A stretch of 64,000 nt of DNA. Source: Azolla caroliniana (lineage: Eukaryota; Plantae; Polypodiophyta). Where the stretch lies: the NCBI GenBank assembly GCA_043228905.1, contig JBHGNT010000006.1, positions 11,532,001 through 11,596,000 of the forward strand, read 5' to 3'. Positions within the stretch are counted from its first letter, which is position 1. Every line of letters begins with the position of its first letter. Position numbers and translations under genes: made by a program. The notes beneath the pieces were generated by a model, which saw only the letters and a program-made list of their open reading frames with translations, made no database searches and was not told where the DNA came from. Below, piece after piece: positions 36,369 through 47,838 of this stretch.

Positions 36369-39300
36369 TTAGCCAGAAGCACCGGGTCCATATCCCGATT
36401 TTTCCCCATCTTCACGTTTGCTGGCCACTTGTTTGTCGTTATCCGGTAACGCCGGCTCTGCCTGCCTATCGGGTAATTTTTGCCTACTTCCTACTGTTGT
36501 ATCAGCCTCCGTCTGCTCGAACGGATTCTGTGGCATCGGTCCACAATATGGTTTGAGTCGAAACCCATTGACCCATTTGCCCATTATCTCTCCGGCGAGT
36601 GTTCCAAGCTGGTATGAACCGTTAAATTCACGTGTTATCCAATACGGTCCGGTCCACCAGAACCGTAGCTTTCCCGGCATCTGACCCATCTGGGTCTGGA
36701 ACACTAGTACCGGCTTGCCGATCCCAAACATCTTCTCATTGCCCTTTCGGTGCCGGTCGACAAACGCCTTCCTTCGTCGTTGCTCCAGTTCCAACTGCAT
36801 GAGACTTGCTATCCGATGCTCCTCGAGTTCGCATAATGCGACTAACCGGATTTTTTCCAATTCCTTTTCACTTAGTCATTCTCTAACTTGTATCCGCAAA
36901 CTCAAAACCTGAAATTCGATCGACATTACTACTTCAAGCCCAAATGCTAACCGGAATGGTGTTGACCAAATACTTGTTTTGTATGCCGTCCGGTATGCCC
37001 ATAGTGCACTATGCAGCTTGATGTCCCAATCAGTTCGGTTTTCATTGACAATCTTTCACAAGATGTTTTGGAGCATTTTGTTCGTGGATTCGGCCAGTCC
37101 ATTGGCCTGTGGATAATAAGGGGTACTACGCTTGTGTACCACAACATAGAATGTTATTAAGCTCTCCACTACTTGACCGAGAAAATGTCCGCCTTGGTCA
37201 CTAATTAACTCGATCGGGCATCCATACCGACACCAGATGTACTCATATAAGAACTTTGTTGTTGATGCCTCAGTGTTGTCCCGCAAAGCCATGGCTTCTA
37301 CCCACTTGGTGCAATAATCGGTGGCGACTATAACATATTTGTTGTCGGTTCTCATTGCAGGAGGTTTAAACGGCACAACGAAATCCAGCCCCCATTTCTG
37401 AAAGGGTTCTAAGGGTAGCACCGGTTGGTGAGGCATCCTTGCCTATTCTGTTGGTTGGCCCATCCGCTGACATAAATCACAGACTTTCGCGTACCGAACC
37501 GAGTCCTTTAGTGTTGTCGGCCAACCTGCTATGTCATATCTTTCTTGCCGTAGCGTCCCCGGCATAGTGCCCTCCGGCCACACCACAATGCGCTTCTCGT
37601 AATATTGTGTCCTTTTCGTCGCTTCGCACTGCTCGCCACCATATGCCATCCGCGCCTTTGTGGTAAGGGTGTCCTGTAGTAGACAAAAATGTCGGCTTTG
37701 CACCGCTAACCACTTCCGCTCATCTCAATTCATCTCCTCTGGTGGAAGTCTCGTGTTTAGGAATTGATGCATGTTGGTTAGCCATTTGTCTTCGTCGACT
37801 ATCGTGCAATCGGCTGCCGTTTCTGCTGTTACTTTAAACAACTCGGCATCCGGAAACTCATTCGGGACTCCATGTCCGGTCTCGCCGGAATTTAACCGGC
37901 TCAAGTAATCGGCAACCGCATGCTGTATTCCCGGCCGATGATATATTTCGAACTCAAACTCTTGTAGCAACAATGTCCACCAGGGCTAGCTTGCCAGTGA
38001 GCGATGCCTTTGAGACCAAATATAATAGTGCTGGGTGGTCGACATGAAATGAGAATTTCTTTCCCAATAAATAGTGCCTGAACTTGGTAACACTGCAAAT
38101 CATCCCTAAGGCTTCTTGTTCCGTTGTTGAATAATTTCGTTCTGCTTGGGATAGTTTCCAGCTAGCATAATAGACCGGTCGGTACCATTTTGGTTCCGTC
38201 AGTTGCATTAGTGCGTTGCCGATTGCTATGTCAGACGCATCAACGAACACATGGAACTCTTTTGTCCAGTCCGGTGGTTGCACTACCGGTGCTTGTGATA
38301 GCAGTACTTTCAGTGCCCGGTAAGCCTCACCTTCCGTATTTGTCCATTGGAATGGTGTTCGGTGAACCGCGGCATGCAATGGTGTAGCAAGATCAGCCAA
38401 ATATCGGAGCATCCGGCAATGCCACCGAATTTTCCCTATAAACCAACTCAAAGCTTTGGTTGTGGAGGGTGCCGGTGCTTCTAAGATTGCTTTCACCTTA
38501 TCGGGGTCTACCGCGATCCCGTCCTTGTTGACAAGATGGCCCAGCAATGCACCGCTTGTTACTCCGAACACACACTTTGCTAGGTTCAGGCTTAGCCGAT
38601 AACTACTGCATTTCTCAAGACATAGACAGAGGTGTTGGAGATGTTCTCCTTCTCGGCTATACACGGCGAAGTCATCCAGGAATACCTGCATGAATGTCAG
38701 AATGAACTTGCCAAATATTTCCATGATTATTCGTTGGAAGGTCGCTGGCGCGGTCTTGAGCCCGAACATCATTACCACTGCGACAAAGACTCCCCATTCG
38801 GTGACGAATGTCGTCTTGTCTTGGTCGTCGGGGTGCATCCTTATTTGATTGTAGCTGTTGAAACCGTCTAGGAAGCTATACACTTCATGATCGGCTACCG
38901 CATCCAGCACTCCATCGGTAGTGGAAAGGCATCGGTCACTGTCGCCGCATTGAGTTTCTGGTAATTAACACACACCCGAATCTTACCGTTCTTTTTCAGC
39001 ACGATGACTATGGAACTTCACCATGTAGCTTTTTTCACTAGTCAGATAAAACCAACCCGTAGCAACTTGTCAATTTCCTCTTTCACCTTTGCCACATAGT
39101 TAGGGTTCATCCGGTAACTCCGTTGTGTTACCGGTTTGGCATCCTTACTGAGGTGTATTTGGCGTTGGTACAACTGAGGATCCAACCCCCGCATGTCTTC
39201 ATAGGACCAAGCAAATACGTCCCGGAATTCCTTTAGTAAAGTGATCATCGTCGTCCTGTTGTCCGGTGACATTTCCTTAGCAATATGAACCGGTTTGGCG

Positions 39301-39825
39301 TCGTCCCCGATCCCTAAGTTCACTTCCTCTAACTGGGATGCTTTCATGAGTTGGGATACCGCCATCTCCCTCTCTAGAGCTTCCTATGCTTGCCGTAATT
39401 CTCTGATAGCTTCCCAATCCGGTTCCTCGACAGCATCGTCCGATTGCATTCTATATGGTGATATTGTTTCCGCCACATCGATCTCAAATAGGGGTACAAC
39501 TTTTGGGTTTTCTTCTAAGTATTGGTCGACCTCTTCATCCGCAAGCCCCTCGAGCATGTTTACACCTTTCGCATATGGCGGTGTCAGCTCCTTGCCTGTA
39601 CTTGCTTGAGGGTGGGTAGGTACCCTTGCTTTAATTTTTCCTCGTCGGAAGGTGATCATGTTTTTCTGCCAGTTTTGTTTGATATGTGCCGTTTTTAGCC
39701 ATGGTTGGCCCAACAATAGTGGGTAAGCTCCTTGCGCATTGAGCTGGAGAACCACCGCCGAAATGTGGAATGCATGACCTCCAATAGTTACGTCTAGATC
39801 CCGTATCAAACCGGTAGGCCTTACC
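36369..39825 (-). pseudogene. pol (PR end, RT, RH, IN) of the Athila-like element
   Basis: Multiple ORF fragments carrying RT, RH and IN motifs. Confidence 0.88.
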
Positions 39826-42183
39826 TGTTAGGAAACAGGTCCCTCCGGATGGGAAGTGAGAAGAACCGTGTTGATGAGCAACTCGGCCGAGGCCGAATCC
39901 GGATGTGGCATACCCGGCAACGGAAGACCCAGTGAGAACCAGATGTTGTGTACCCAGTGAGAACCAGATGTTGCAGGCCCGGTGAGAACCACTCATCGGA
40001 TGGAAGGGACATATATGTAAATATGTTCTAGAGAGCCCACTGGGGCTATATTTGTAAATAGCCCGAAAGTCAAATTAGTATAAATATGACCTAGGGCAAA
40101 CTTAATGTGTGTGTTGTTTGGTGTAACCTCTGTACAGTGCGTAAGAGAGAGAGAGAGAGAGCGACATACCGAGATTGTGTCTCTATTGTAACTGCCACAA
40201 GGCGAAGATTGTGAGCAAGAGGTTGTTGCCTCTATGCTCCCTATTGTATTACTTTACATAGTGATAGTTTGGAGTCTGTGGACTCCCGTGGTTTTTCCCT
40301 CTCAGGGTTTTCCACGTTAATATCTTGTGTATTCTCTTTTGTTTGTTCGTGCACTTACCTTCATTCCCATTTCTTCTGTGTTCAATTGTATCAAGTGATT
40401 TACCCTTCGGTTTTGGCCGGAGATTATTTCACGTATTAAACGTCAAACTAGTATCAGAGCGAAACAACACAGAAAAATGCACGATTCGTTGGGAGGCATG
40501 TTCAAGCTCGCCAGCTCCAACTATTCAGTGTGGCAGTCGAAGATGAGGGACATGCTCATGGTTAAAGATCTTTGGTTGTCGGTTCAGTTCGGGGACAAGA
40601 GACCGGACAAAATCGATGCCACGACATGGGAGGTGATGCACATGAAGATAACAGCGTACATACAGTGCTTCATCGACATGAGTCTATACATCAACTTCAA
40701 TGAAGAGAGCAAGGCTCATGAGCTCTGGGAGAAGATCGCCATTATATTTCAGAACAAAAATTCCATTAATCAAGTTTCGGTATTTTGGAAGCTAGTAAGA
40801 CTCTGGTACCAAGATGGCTCCAGCATGGCGAAGCACATGAATGCCTTCCAGGGGCTGATTCACCAGGCAACATCATTGGAAGTACCTCTCGCCGATGAGG
40901 TGCTAGCACTACTCCTGCTCGGTTCCCTCCCAAATAGCTGGGAGACGTTGGTTGTCATTTTGGGCAACGCCGGGCCGGAAGGGAAACGGTTATCCCTAGC
41001 AAGAGTGAAGTCGAGCTTGCTAGATGAGGAGGCGCGTCGGAAAGATAAGGATACGAGCTCCGACTCCAAGTCCCCAGAACCTGGAGAAGGTGGGGACACG
41101 GTCAAAGTCAAGGGGGAGGCCTACCTGCTTTTATTGCGGCAAGCCGGGACACTTCCAGAAGAACTGTCGGCACTTCAGAAAAGACAAGGAAACCGATGGT
41201 ACCGATTCGAAGCGGATACCGGATTGGAACGGTAAAGACCGGAGGGGAACGGACCCAAAGGGAATGACGGCAATCGCGGCAAGTGAAGAAGAGTTGATGC
41301 TCATCACCGAGGAGAGTGAGCTAAACCTTGCGGCGACAAGATGACCTAGGTGGTTGACTCCGAAGCGTCATTCCACCTTACCCCGGACTGGAAATGTTTC
41401 TCATCCTACTCAGACGGTGACCACGGCTGTGTCCGGATGGGGAATGAAGGTACATGCCGAATTGTCGGCATAAGAGACGTTGTCGTGAAGAAAACCGCCC
41501 ACAAGAGGAATCGGGGGGGGACAAGGCATGGGAAACGGCTCCACACACACACGCGCGCCAAGAAGTACCTAAGGACGAAGTAGGTACATACGAGGATCCT
41601 AAGTGGGTAGATTCGGCTGGTATGCAGTTAATGCCAAACGGCCTCATGACGGGCTATAAAAAGGAAGAGGAAGAATAGAACGGACATCTCCCGTGGAGAG
41701 GACGAAGTGCTGCCGAACCGATTTCGGGGGCTCTCTCTCACTCCTGCTTTCTCTGTTTTCTGCTCCATCGCGTACCTGTGCAGGTTTCGAGGAGGCTTGC
41801 GCTGTTCCGTGGAACGCCCCGAGTGTGTCCTGCAGCACCTCCGACCTGTTTTCCCCTTTCCGTGCGTCGCGACATACAGGGGTCGGCATCTGTTCGCCGC
41901 CCTGTTCGTTTTCGATTAGTATCTATTTCGTGCCCCACCGTGGGTTGTAACGCTTTAGCCTGTTATTTTCTTGCATTCATAAGTACATATCTTTCGTGGT
42001 TGCGTCCATCTGCGTCGGCGTTTATTTGTGATCTCTGTTTGTTGGGCCGTGTCCCTGTGCAATCTTCGGTTCTGTGTAATCGGGTCTCTCTCTCCTTCTC
42101 CTCTCTCTCTCTTGCTCTTCGGTCCAAGACCCCCGTGGTCCCTCCTCCTTTCTGCACGCAAGGGCGTAGCAACCCCGACATCT

Positions 42184-42201
42184 TGGTGAACCCGACGTGA
42201 A
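42184..42201 (+). promoter_or_regulatory. tRNA-Trp primer-binding site
   Basis: TGGTGAACCCGACGTGAA is the reverse complement of the plant tRNA-Trp 3' end (..UUCACGUCGGGUUCACCA, from memory). Confidence 0.85.
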
Positions 42202-42223
42202 AGAGGCGGCAGAAGAGCAGGAA

Positions 42224-44350
42224 ATGAGAGGGTCGGATCTCGCAGAGGCCATGGCTTCGGCCGTGGATCGGATTGTAAACGCGCGCGAGAGCACCGGTGC
42301 CCTCGACAGAGCCATTGAGGCGGTCGTCGGCACGATCGGCCGGTTCGATGGGAAGGATGCCACGAAGTATTTGGCGTCCTACGGTGCAGAGATGCTGATG
42401 CGGGACATTCCGGAAGAAAGGCGTCTTGCCGGATTTCCCCGAGTAGCGATGCCGAGCATCCATGCGGAGGTGCTCGAGGTGCGGACGGAGAGCCGTACCT
42501 GGGAGGAGTTCGAAGGTCGGCTCCTAGAGAAATACGGGCTGGACGACGCGCTCCGGCTTTCGAAGCGAAGGTTCATGGAATGGGTGGAGTCCCCGGGGAA
42601 GGGAAGAAACGCGTCGGCGCTCCTCCGGGAGTTCGAGGAAAACTTTGCGCGCCTTTCGGCGCTCGACCGAACCATCCTGGACACGAGCCGGGTCTTGCTG
42701 TTTGTCAAGTCGGTCGACGAGCGGGATCGGGAGCAAGTGGGCTTCTTGCTGGAGACCGAAGACGGGCTCACTACCGACTGGGCGGCTGTCAGGAAGGTCT
42801 GTGGCCGTTTCGACAAACGGCGAGAATGGGCGGATAACGGGGCGACCGGGTCGGGCTCGGTCGCAGCAAGGAAGCTCGAACCAGCGCCACAGGTGCGCAA
42901 GGAAGAGACCCGGGAGTGGTTGGAAACCGGTTCGGCTTCGACCGGCGTAGTCAGAGGCTCAACCGGAGGAGCGGCGCTGGAGGAATTGACGAAGGCGATA
43001 AAGGACCTCCAAATCGCGCAGGCCCGAAGGGAAGGAGGCGAACCGGCTCGTGACCGACGGCCGGCGGCAGGAAACAGGTGCATGTGGTGCGATGAAGTCG
43101 GCCACATTCGGAAGGACTGCGGCGACTTCGCGGAGGCGCTGAGGAACAGGGTGGTGTACCTGTGGGAAGGACGGGTGCATGCCGGCGACACCCGAAGGGC
43201 CCTGAGCCGAAACGACGGAAAAGGTGGTATGAAAAGGTTGATGGAAGAGGCGGCGGCCCGACACGCGGAAACCGTCCACTACTCGGCGTCGGCCGGCATT
43301 CGAGTTGGGGGCGGCGAGGCCCGAAGGGAAAGCAAAGCCGGATTCTGGCCGACGATGCTGGAAGGCCTTGCCGGTGCAGGGCTTAAAAGGGAGGAATCGG
43401 ACCGTGCGGAGAAACGGGTACGGGAGATGACCGGGTGGAGCGACCCGGTCGAGGAAAAGACGGGCTTCGTGGAAGCCGCTTGCCGGAACTACGAGGCCCT
43501 AGTAGAAGAGAAGCGGGTGGGGAAACCCGGGGCGACCGGGCCCTCACAACGATACGAGACCCGGTCCGGGCCACGACGGGACGAAGCCGGCGGGGCCGGT
43601 ACGCAAGATAAACCCCAGAAGGGTGGATACCGTCTGGGGACGGAGATAGAAAGAACCACGGACTTACGAAAGGTCCTGGAGGAACGGATCCTCGACAGCA
43701 AGGTGGAGCTGTCGCTACGGGAGGTGCTGGGAATCGCCAAGAAGGAGTTCCACGATTCCATCGTGGACTTGGTGAAACGGAAGAGGCTGTCGACGGAGAC
43801 AGAACCGGAAAGACCGGTGGAAGTGCGGACGACGCACCTAGACGACATGGCGCTGGGAGACGAGTGGGCGGAAAGCCACTATTCGAGACCACACTGGGCC
43901 CGAGCGACCACGGAAACCCCGGTGAAGATCGGCGATGTCCGGGAACCGGTGATAGCTTTGGTGGACCACGGATCGGAGATCAATTTGATGTCCATGGACT
44001 TCTATAAGAAGGGCAAATGGCCGATCAACACCAAGCACGGGTGGAAAATAAGGGCAGCAACGCGCGCCACCGAGGAACTGCACGGGGCCTGTCCGAATGT
44101 GCGAGTCAAGATTGGCGACGTCGAGATTGACCAGCACTTCTTCGTGCAGGAGACGTCTTCGCATCCGGTCATTCTGGGAGAGCCGTACATCACGGCGGCG
44201 CGAATGGAGACCAAAGTGCTGGACAATGGTTCGGCCTACGCGAGGGTCAAAAGCCAAGACGGGCGCCATTCGGTCCAGTTTCTGACGGTAAGGCCGAACC
44301 ACGAACGTAACCGCGATTCCCTCGGTTCCGAAACCCGAGAGGATTTTTAG
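42224..44350 (+). CDS. gag: Gag-protease polyprotein (ORF1)
   Basis: Open frame from the first ATG at 42224; CCHC knuckle; aspartic protease motifs ALVDHGSEIN and ILGEPY. Confidence 0.92.
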   Translation: MRGSDLAEAMASAVDRIVNARESTGALDRAIEAVVGTIGRFDGKDATKYLASYGAEMLMRDIPEERRLAGFPRVAMPSIHAEVLEVRTESRTWEEFEGRLLEKYGLDDALRLSKRRFMEWVESPGKGRNASALLREFEENFARLSALDRTILDTSRVLLFVKSVDERDREQVGFLLETEDGLTTDWAAVRKVCGRFDKRREWADNGATGSGSVAARKLEPAPQVRKEETREWLETGSASTGVVRGSTGGAALEELTKAIKDLQIAQARREGGEPARDRRPAAGNRCMWCDEVGHIRKDCGDFAEALRNRVVYLWEGRVHAGDTRRALSRNDGKGGMKRLMEEAAARHAETVHYSASAGIRVGGGEARRESKAGFWPTMLEGLAGAGLKREESDRAEKRVREMTGWSDPVEEKTGFVEAACRNYEALVEEKRVGKPGATGPSQRYETRSGPRRDEAGGAGTQDKPQKGGYRLGTEIERTTDLRKVLEERILDSKVELSLREVLGIAKKEFHDSIVDLVKRKRLSTETEPERPVEVRTTHLDDMALGDEWAESHYSRPHWARATTETPVKIGDVREPVIALVDHGSEINLMSMDFYKKGKWPINTKHGWKIRAATRATEELHGACPNVRVKIGDVEIDQHFFVQETSSHPVILGEPYITAARMETKVLDNGSAYARVKSQDGRHSVQFLTVRPNHERNRDSLGSETREDF

Positions 44351-47300
44351 AGAGGACTGCCAAGGCGTGGGGCCGCGACAGTCCGGACACCCCGGGAAAA
44401 CCTCACACTTGTACGATAAAACCGAAGAAACCTTGTACCATGGGTAGGGAATTTTTGTTCTCCGACAGCGGAGCGTGTACGATAGTCGGCATCGGCGGCC
44501 GAGAGAAGACAAAGGCGGAGGGGAGACTTCGAGCGTGCGGAGTTCTCGGCCCGGACGAGGAAATCAACGGAGCCGTGGAGGTGGTCTCGTGCGACGACAC
44601 CTTGGGAATGCTGGGAAAGGTAGTCGAAGAAGGCCTTAACGAAGACCGGACGATACCGGTGTGTTCCGAGGAGATGTACGAAGTCATTGCGGACTTCGGT
44701 CGAGGGCTCGAGTCGGTTCGGACGGCCCACGTAAGCACCAAGTACAAGACTGTGGACCGGAAGGTAAGGCCAGTCGCAGCACCCTTACCGGAGGACAGCG
44801 CGTCGAGAATCAAAGGGGTTGCATCGGACCCTAGTCTACGAGATCCGGCCTGCATAGGGCACACCTTCACCGACGAGACGCTCCGAGGGCTCAAGATCGG
44901 TGGGGGCGGGATCCTACTGCCGGCGGAGGAAGACCGGTTTCGGAGAATGCTCGGAAGGCACGGGAAAGCCTTCGCATTCTCGCCGGAGGAAATCGGGTGC
45001 GTTGACCCGACGATCGTGGAGCCGATGGTGATATTCACGGTACCGCATGTACCATGGAATCTCAAGCCAATCCCGGTTCCGAGAGCTCACATCCCGAAGT
45101 TGATGGAGCTGCTGAGGCAGAAAGTTGATATGGGAATTCTCGAGCCGTCGAGCGCCCCATATTCGAATCGATGGTTTACCGTACCGAAGAAAAACGGTTC
45201 GTTGCGCTTCATCCAGGACCTGCAGCCGGTCAATCGAGTGACCATTCGGAACGCAGGGATCGGACCGACCATAGACGAGTTCGCGGAGGCCTTCGCCGGA
45301 AGGTCAATTTACTCGGTCGGGGATCTATACTCAGGGTACGACCAGTTCCAGCTAGCCATGGAGAGCAGAGACATTACGACGATGCGAACTCCCCTCGGCC
45401 TAGTTCGGATGTGTACACTGCCGCAAGGAGGGACCAACTCGGTGGCCCACATGGTGAATGCGATGAACAAGGTTCTGAGGGACTGTATCCCGGACGTCAC
45501 CATGCCGTTTCTGGACGACATCCCGATCAAGGGATGCCCGGTGGAAGAAAAGGACGAGACGATCGGGCCGGACGGATGCCGGCGATTCGTGGCGACGCAC
45601 ATCGACGACTGCGAGAAGGTGCTGCAAAGGCTAGAGGATGCGAGACTCACCTTCTCCGGGGAGAAGTCGGCCTTCGGGCAGTCTGAAATCATGGTGGTCG
45701 GACACCTGTGCGGACCATATGGCCGGAAACCGTCTCCGGCAAAGGTAGAAGCCATCTCCGCGATGAAGCCCGACTGCAGCTCGGTCACGGAGGTACGGAG
45801 ATTCCTGGGGGCATGCGCGTTCTACCACATATGGATCCCGCATTACGCACACGTCGCGGAGCCACTGTACGGGTTGCTGAAAAAGGGGCAAAGGTTCGAA
45901 TGGCTAAACGAGCACGCGGAATCGGTCCGGAAGCTGAAAGAGGCCCTTGCAGCGGCACCGGCACTCCGGAAGGCGGTATACGGGAAGGGTACCCCGGTAT
46001 TCATAACGGTGGATACCAGCCCGACCGGGATCGGATGGGTCGTGAACCAGGAAGACGAGGACGGCAATCGGTTTCCGATCCGATTCGGCGCGAAAGTCCT
46101 CAGTGAACGGCAGCGAGGATACGCCCAGGTTAAACGCGAACTCTGGGGTATTGTTTCGGCGGTTAAGGCCGACAAAGACTACCTGATAGGGACAGAAGTG
46201 ATCATCGAAACGGATTGCCTGCCGATTCTCGGTATGGTTTCAGGATGCGCGACTCCGGACCTGGCGATGCTCAGGTGGATAGCGTACATCAAGTCCCTGG
46301 ACCCGGAAATACGACACATTTCCGGGAAAGACAACGCCATGGCCGACATGCTTTCGAGGGCGAGGTTCGACGACGAGGGCGGCATGGTTTCGGAAGACGA
46401 AGAAGTCGGCGTAGATTTCTTCGAGGCGGCATACATAACGACCGACGGGATGAGCACTCCGGCGCTTAACGAGTTCGACGCGAGCAAGTACGACGGGGAG
46501 TGGCTGCAGATCGGCGGGTTTTTGAAGACAATGACGCCCGATGCGTCGTGGACGAAGGACGAGGCCAACCGGATCCGGAAGAAAGCATATCGATTCTTTC
46601 TCCGAGATGGGCATTTGTGGAAGCACCCGAAGAAGAGGAACGGCGTCCCGCTCCGGGTGGTGGCGATGAAGGAAGAACAGGAGGAGCTACTGGCGGCCTA
46701 CCACGACAGCCCTTGGGCTGGGCACCGTGGAACGTGGGCGACATTTGAGAAGCTGAAGGGGAAGTACTGGTGGCCGGGATTGTACCGGGACGTGCACCGG
46801 TTCGTGTCAACTTGCGAGAGTTGTCAGATGCACTCGATAGTCCGACACCGGGACGGGCTTCGCCCTACGTACCCTCCGACTATCCACTTCAAATGGATGG
46901 TAGATCTAGTGACGATGCCGATGGGGGTAGGACAGATGCGGTATCTGGTCCTAGCGCGGGAAGACCTGACGAACCAGGTGGAAGGCCGAGCCCTTCAGAA
47001 TAAGACGACCGCGGCCGTGTGTCGGTTCCTGATCGAAGACGTGATATGCCGGTACGGGTGCGTCGGGAAGATCGTGGCTGACCGAGGGGAGTTGGACACC
47101 GAGGAAGCCGCGGAGCTGTTTGATCGGCTGGGAGTCAAACTCTCGCTCACCACTGCGTACAACCCGGAGGCGAATGGAAAGGTGGAGCGCGGACACGGAC
47201 CGATCGTTAAAGCGCTGGTTCGGGCATGCGGGGGCCAAATCGGTAATTGGCCGCGACTTCTACCTTATGCTTTGTGGGCCGACCGGACTACGCACAGTTC

Positions 47301-47838
47301 GGTAACCGGGTACATGCCGACAGAGCTCATGTTCGGCCAGAAGCCGATCATGCCGATGGAACGAACAATCTCCTCATGGGCAACGGTCGACTGGAGGGAC
47401 GAGATGAGCAGGGAGGACTTGTTGGCGGCGCGTATACGACAACTCGAACGGAGACCGGAGGACGTGGAGGCGGCTGCAGAAAGGATCCGAGTGGCGAGGA
47501 TAAAGAACAAGGCCAGGTTCGACCGAACGCACCGACTCCGACCGAAGAAGATCGAACAGGGTGACTGGGTGCTCGTCTACGACAGCAGCCTCGACAACCA
47601 GCACCGAGCAACGCGGAAGTTCGCACGGAGATGGTTCGGGCCGTACACGGTACAGAGCGCCAACGACAACGGGACGTATCATCTGGCGGAACTCGACGGT
47701 ACGAGAATAGCGATACCCGTGGCCGGGAAGAGGATCAAAGCTTTCAAGAAGCGGCACGACGACGAACCCGACCCGATTCTCCTGGACAGCAGCGACGACC
47801 GATCCGAGGCCGAGGAAGGGCCGGCAGGCGAAGAGTAA
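44341..47838 (+). CDS. pol: Pol (RT-RNaseH-integrase), -1 frame relative to ORF1, probably expressed by frameshifting
   Basis: Frame is open from the slippery site GGATTTT at 44341. DLYSGYDQF, LPQG, FLDD, VDTS, HHCC and DDE motifs. Confidence 0.93.
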   Translation, partial: GFLERTAKAWGRDSPDTPGKPHTCTIKPKKPCTMGREFLFSDSGACTIVGIGGREKTKAEGRLRACGVLGPDEEINGAVEVVSCDDTLGMLGKVVEEGLNEDRTIPVCSEEMYEVIADFGRGLESVRTAHVSTKYKTVDRKVRPVAAPLPEDSASRIKGVASDPSLRDPACIGHTFTDETLRGLKIGGGGILLPAEEDRFRRMLGRHGKAFAFSPEEIGCVDPTIVEPMVIFTVPHVPWNLKPIPVPRAHIPKLMELLRQKVDMGILEPSSAPYSNRWFTVPKKNGSLRFIQDLQPVNRVTIRNAGIGPTIDEFAEAFAGRSIYSVGDLYSGYDQFQLAMESRDITTMRTPLGLVRMCTLPQGGTNSVAHMVNAMNKVLRDCIPDVTMPFLDDIPIKGCPVEEKDETIGPDGCRRFVATHIDDCEKVLQRLEDARLTFSGEKSAFGQSEIMVVGHLCGPYGRKPSPAKVEAISAMKPDCSSVTEVRRFLGACAFYHIWIPHYAHVAEPLYGLLKKGQRFEWLNEHAESVRKLKEALAAAPALRKAVYGKGTPVFITVDTSPTGIGWVVNQEDEDGNRFPIRFGAKVLSERQRGYAQVKRELWGIVSAVKADKDYLIGTEVIIETDCLPILGMVSGCATPDLAMLRWIAYIKSLDPEIRHISGKDNAMADMLSRARFDDEGGMVSEDEEVGVDFFEAAYITTDGMSTPALNEFDASKYDGEWLQIGGFLKTMTPDASWTKDEANRIRKKAYRFFLRDGHLWKHPKKRNGVPLRVVAMKEEQEELLAAYHDSPWAGHRGTWATFEKLKGKYWWPGLYRDVHRFVSTCESCQMHSIVRHRDGLRPTYPPTIHFKWMVDLVTMPMGVGQMRYLVLAREDLTNQVEGRALQNKTTAAVCRFLIEDVICRYGCVGKIVADRGELDTEEAAELFDRLGVKLSLTTAYNPEANGKVERGHGPIVKALVRACGGQIGNWPRLLPYALWADRTTHSSVTGYMPTELMFGQKPIMPMERTISSWATVDWRDEMSREDLLAARIRQLERRPEDVEAAAERIRVARIKNKARFDRTHRLRPKKIEQGDWVLVYDSSLDNQHRATRKFARRWFGPYTVQSANDNGTYHLAELDGTRIAIPVAGKRIKAFKKRHDDEPDPILLDSSDDRSEAEEGPAGEE

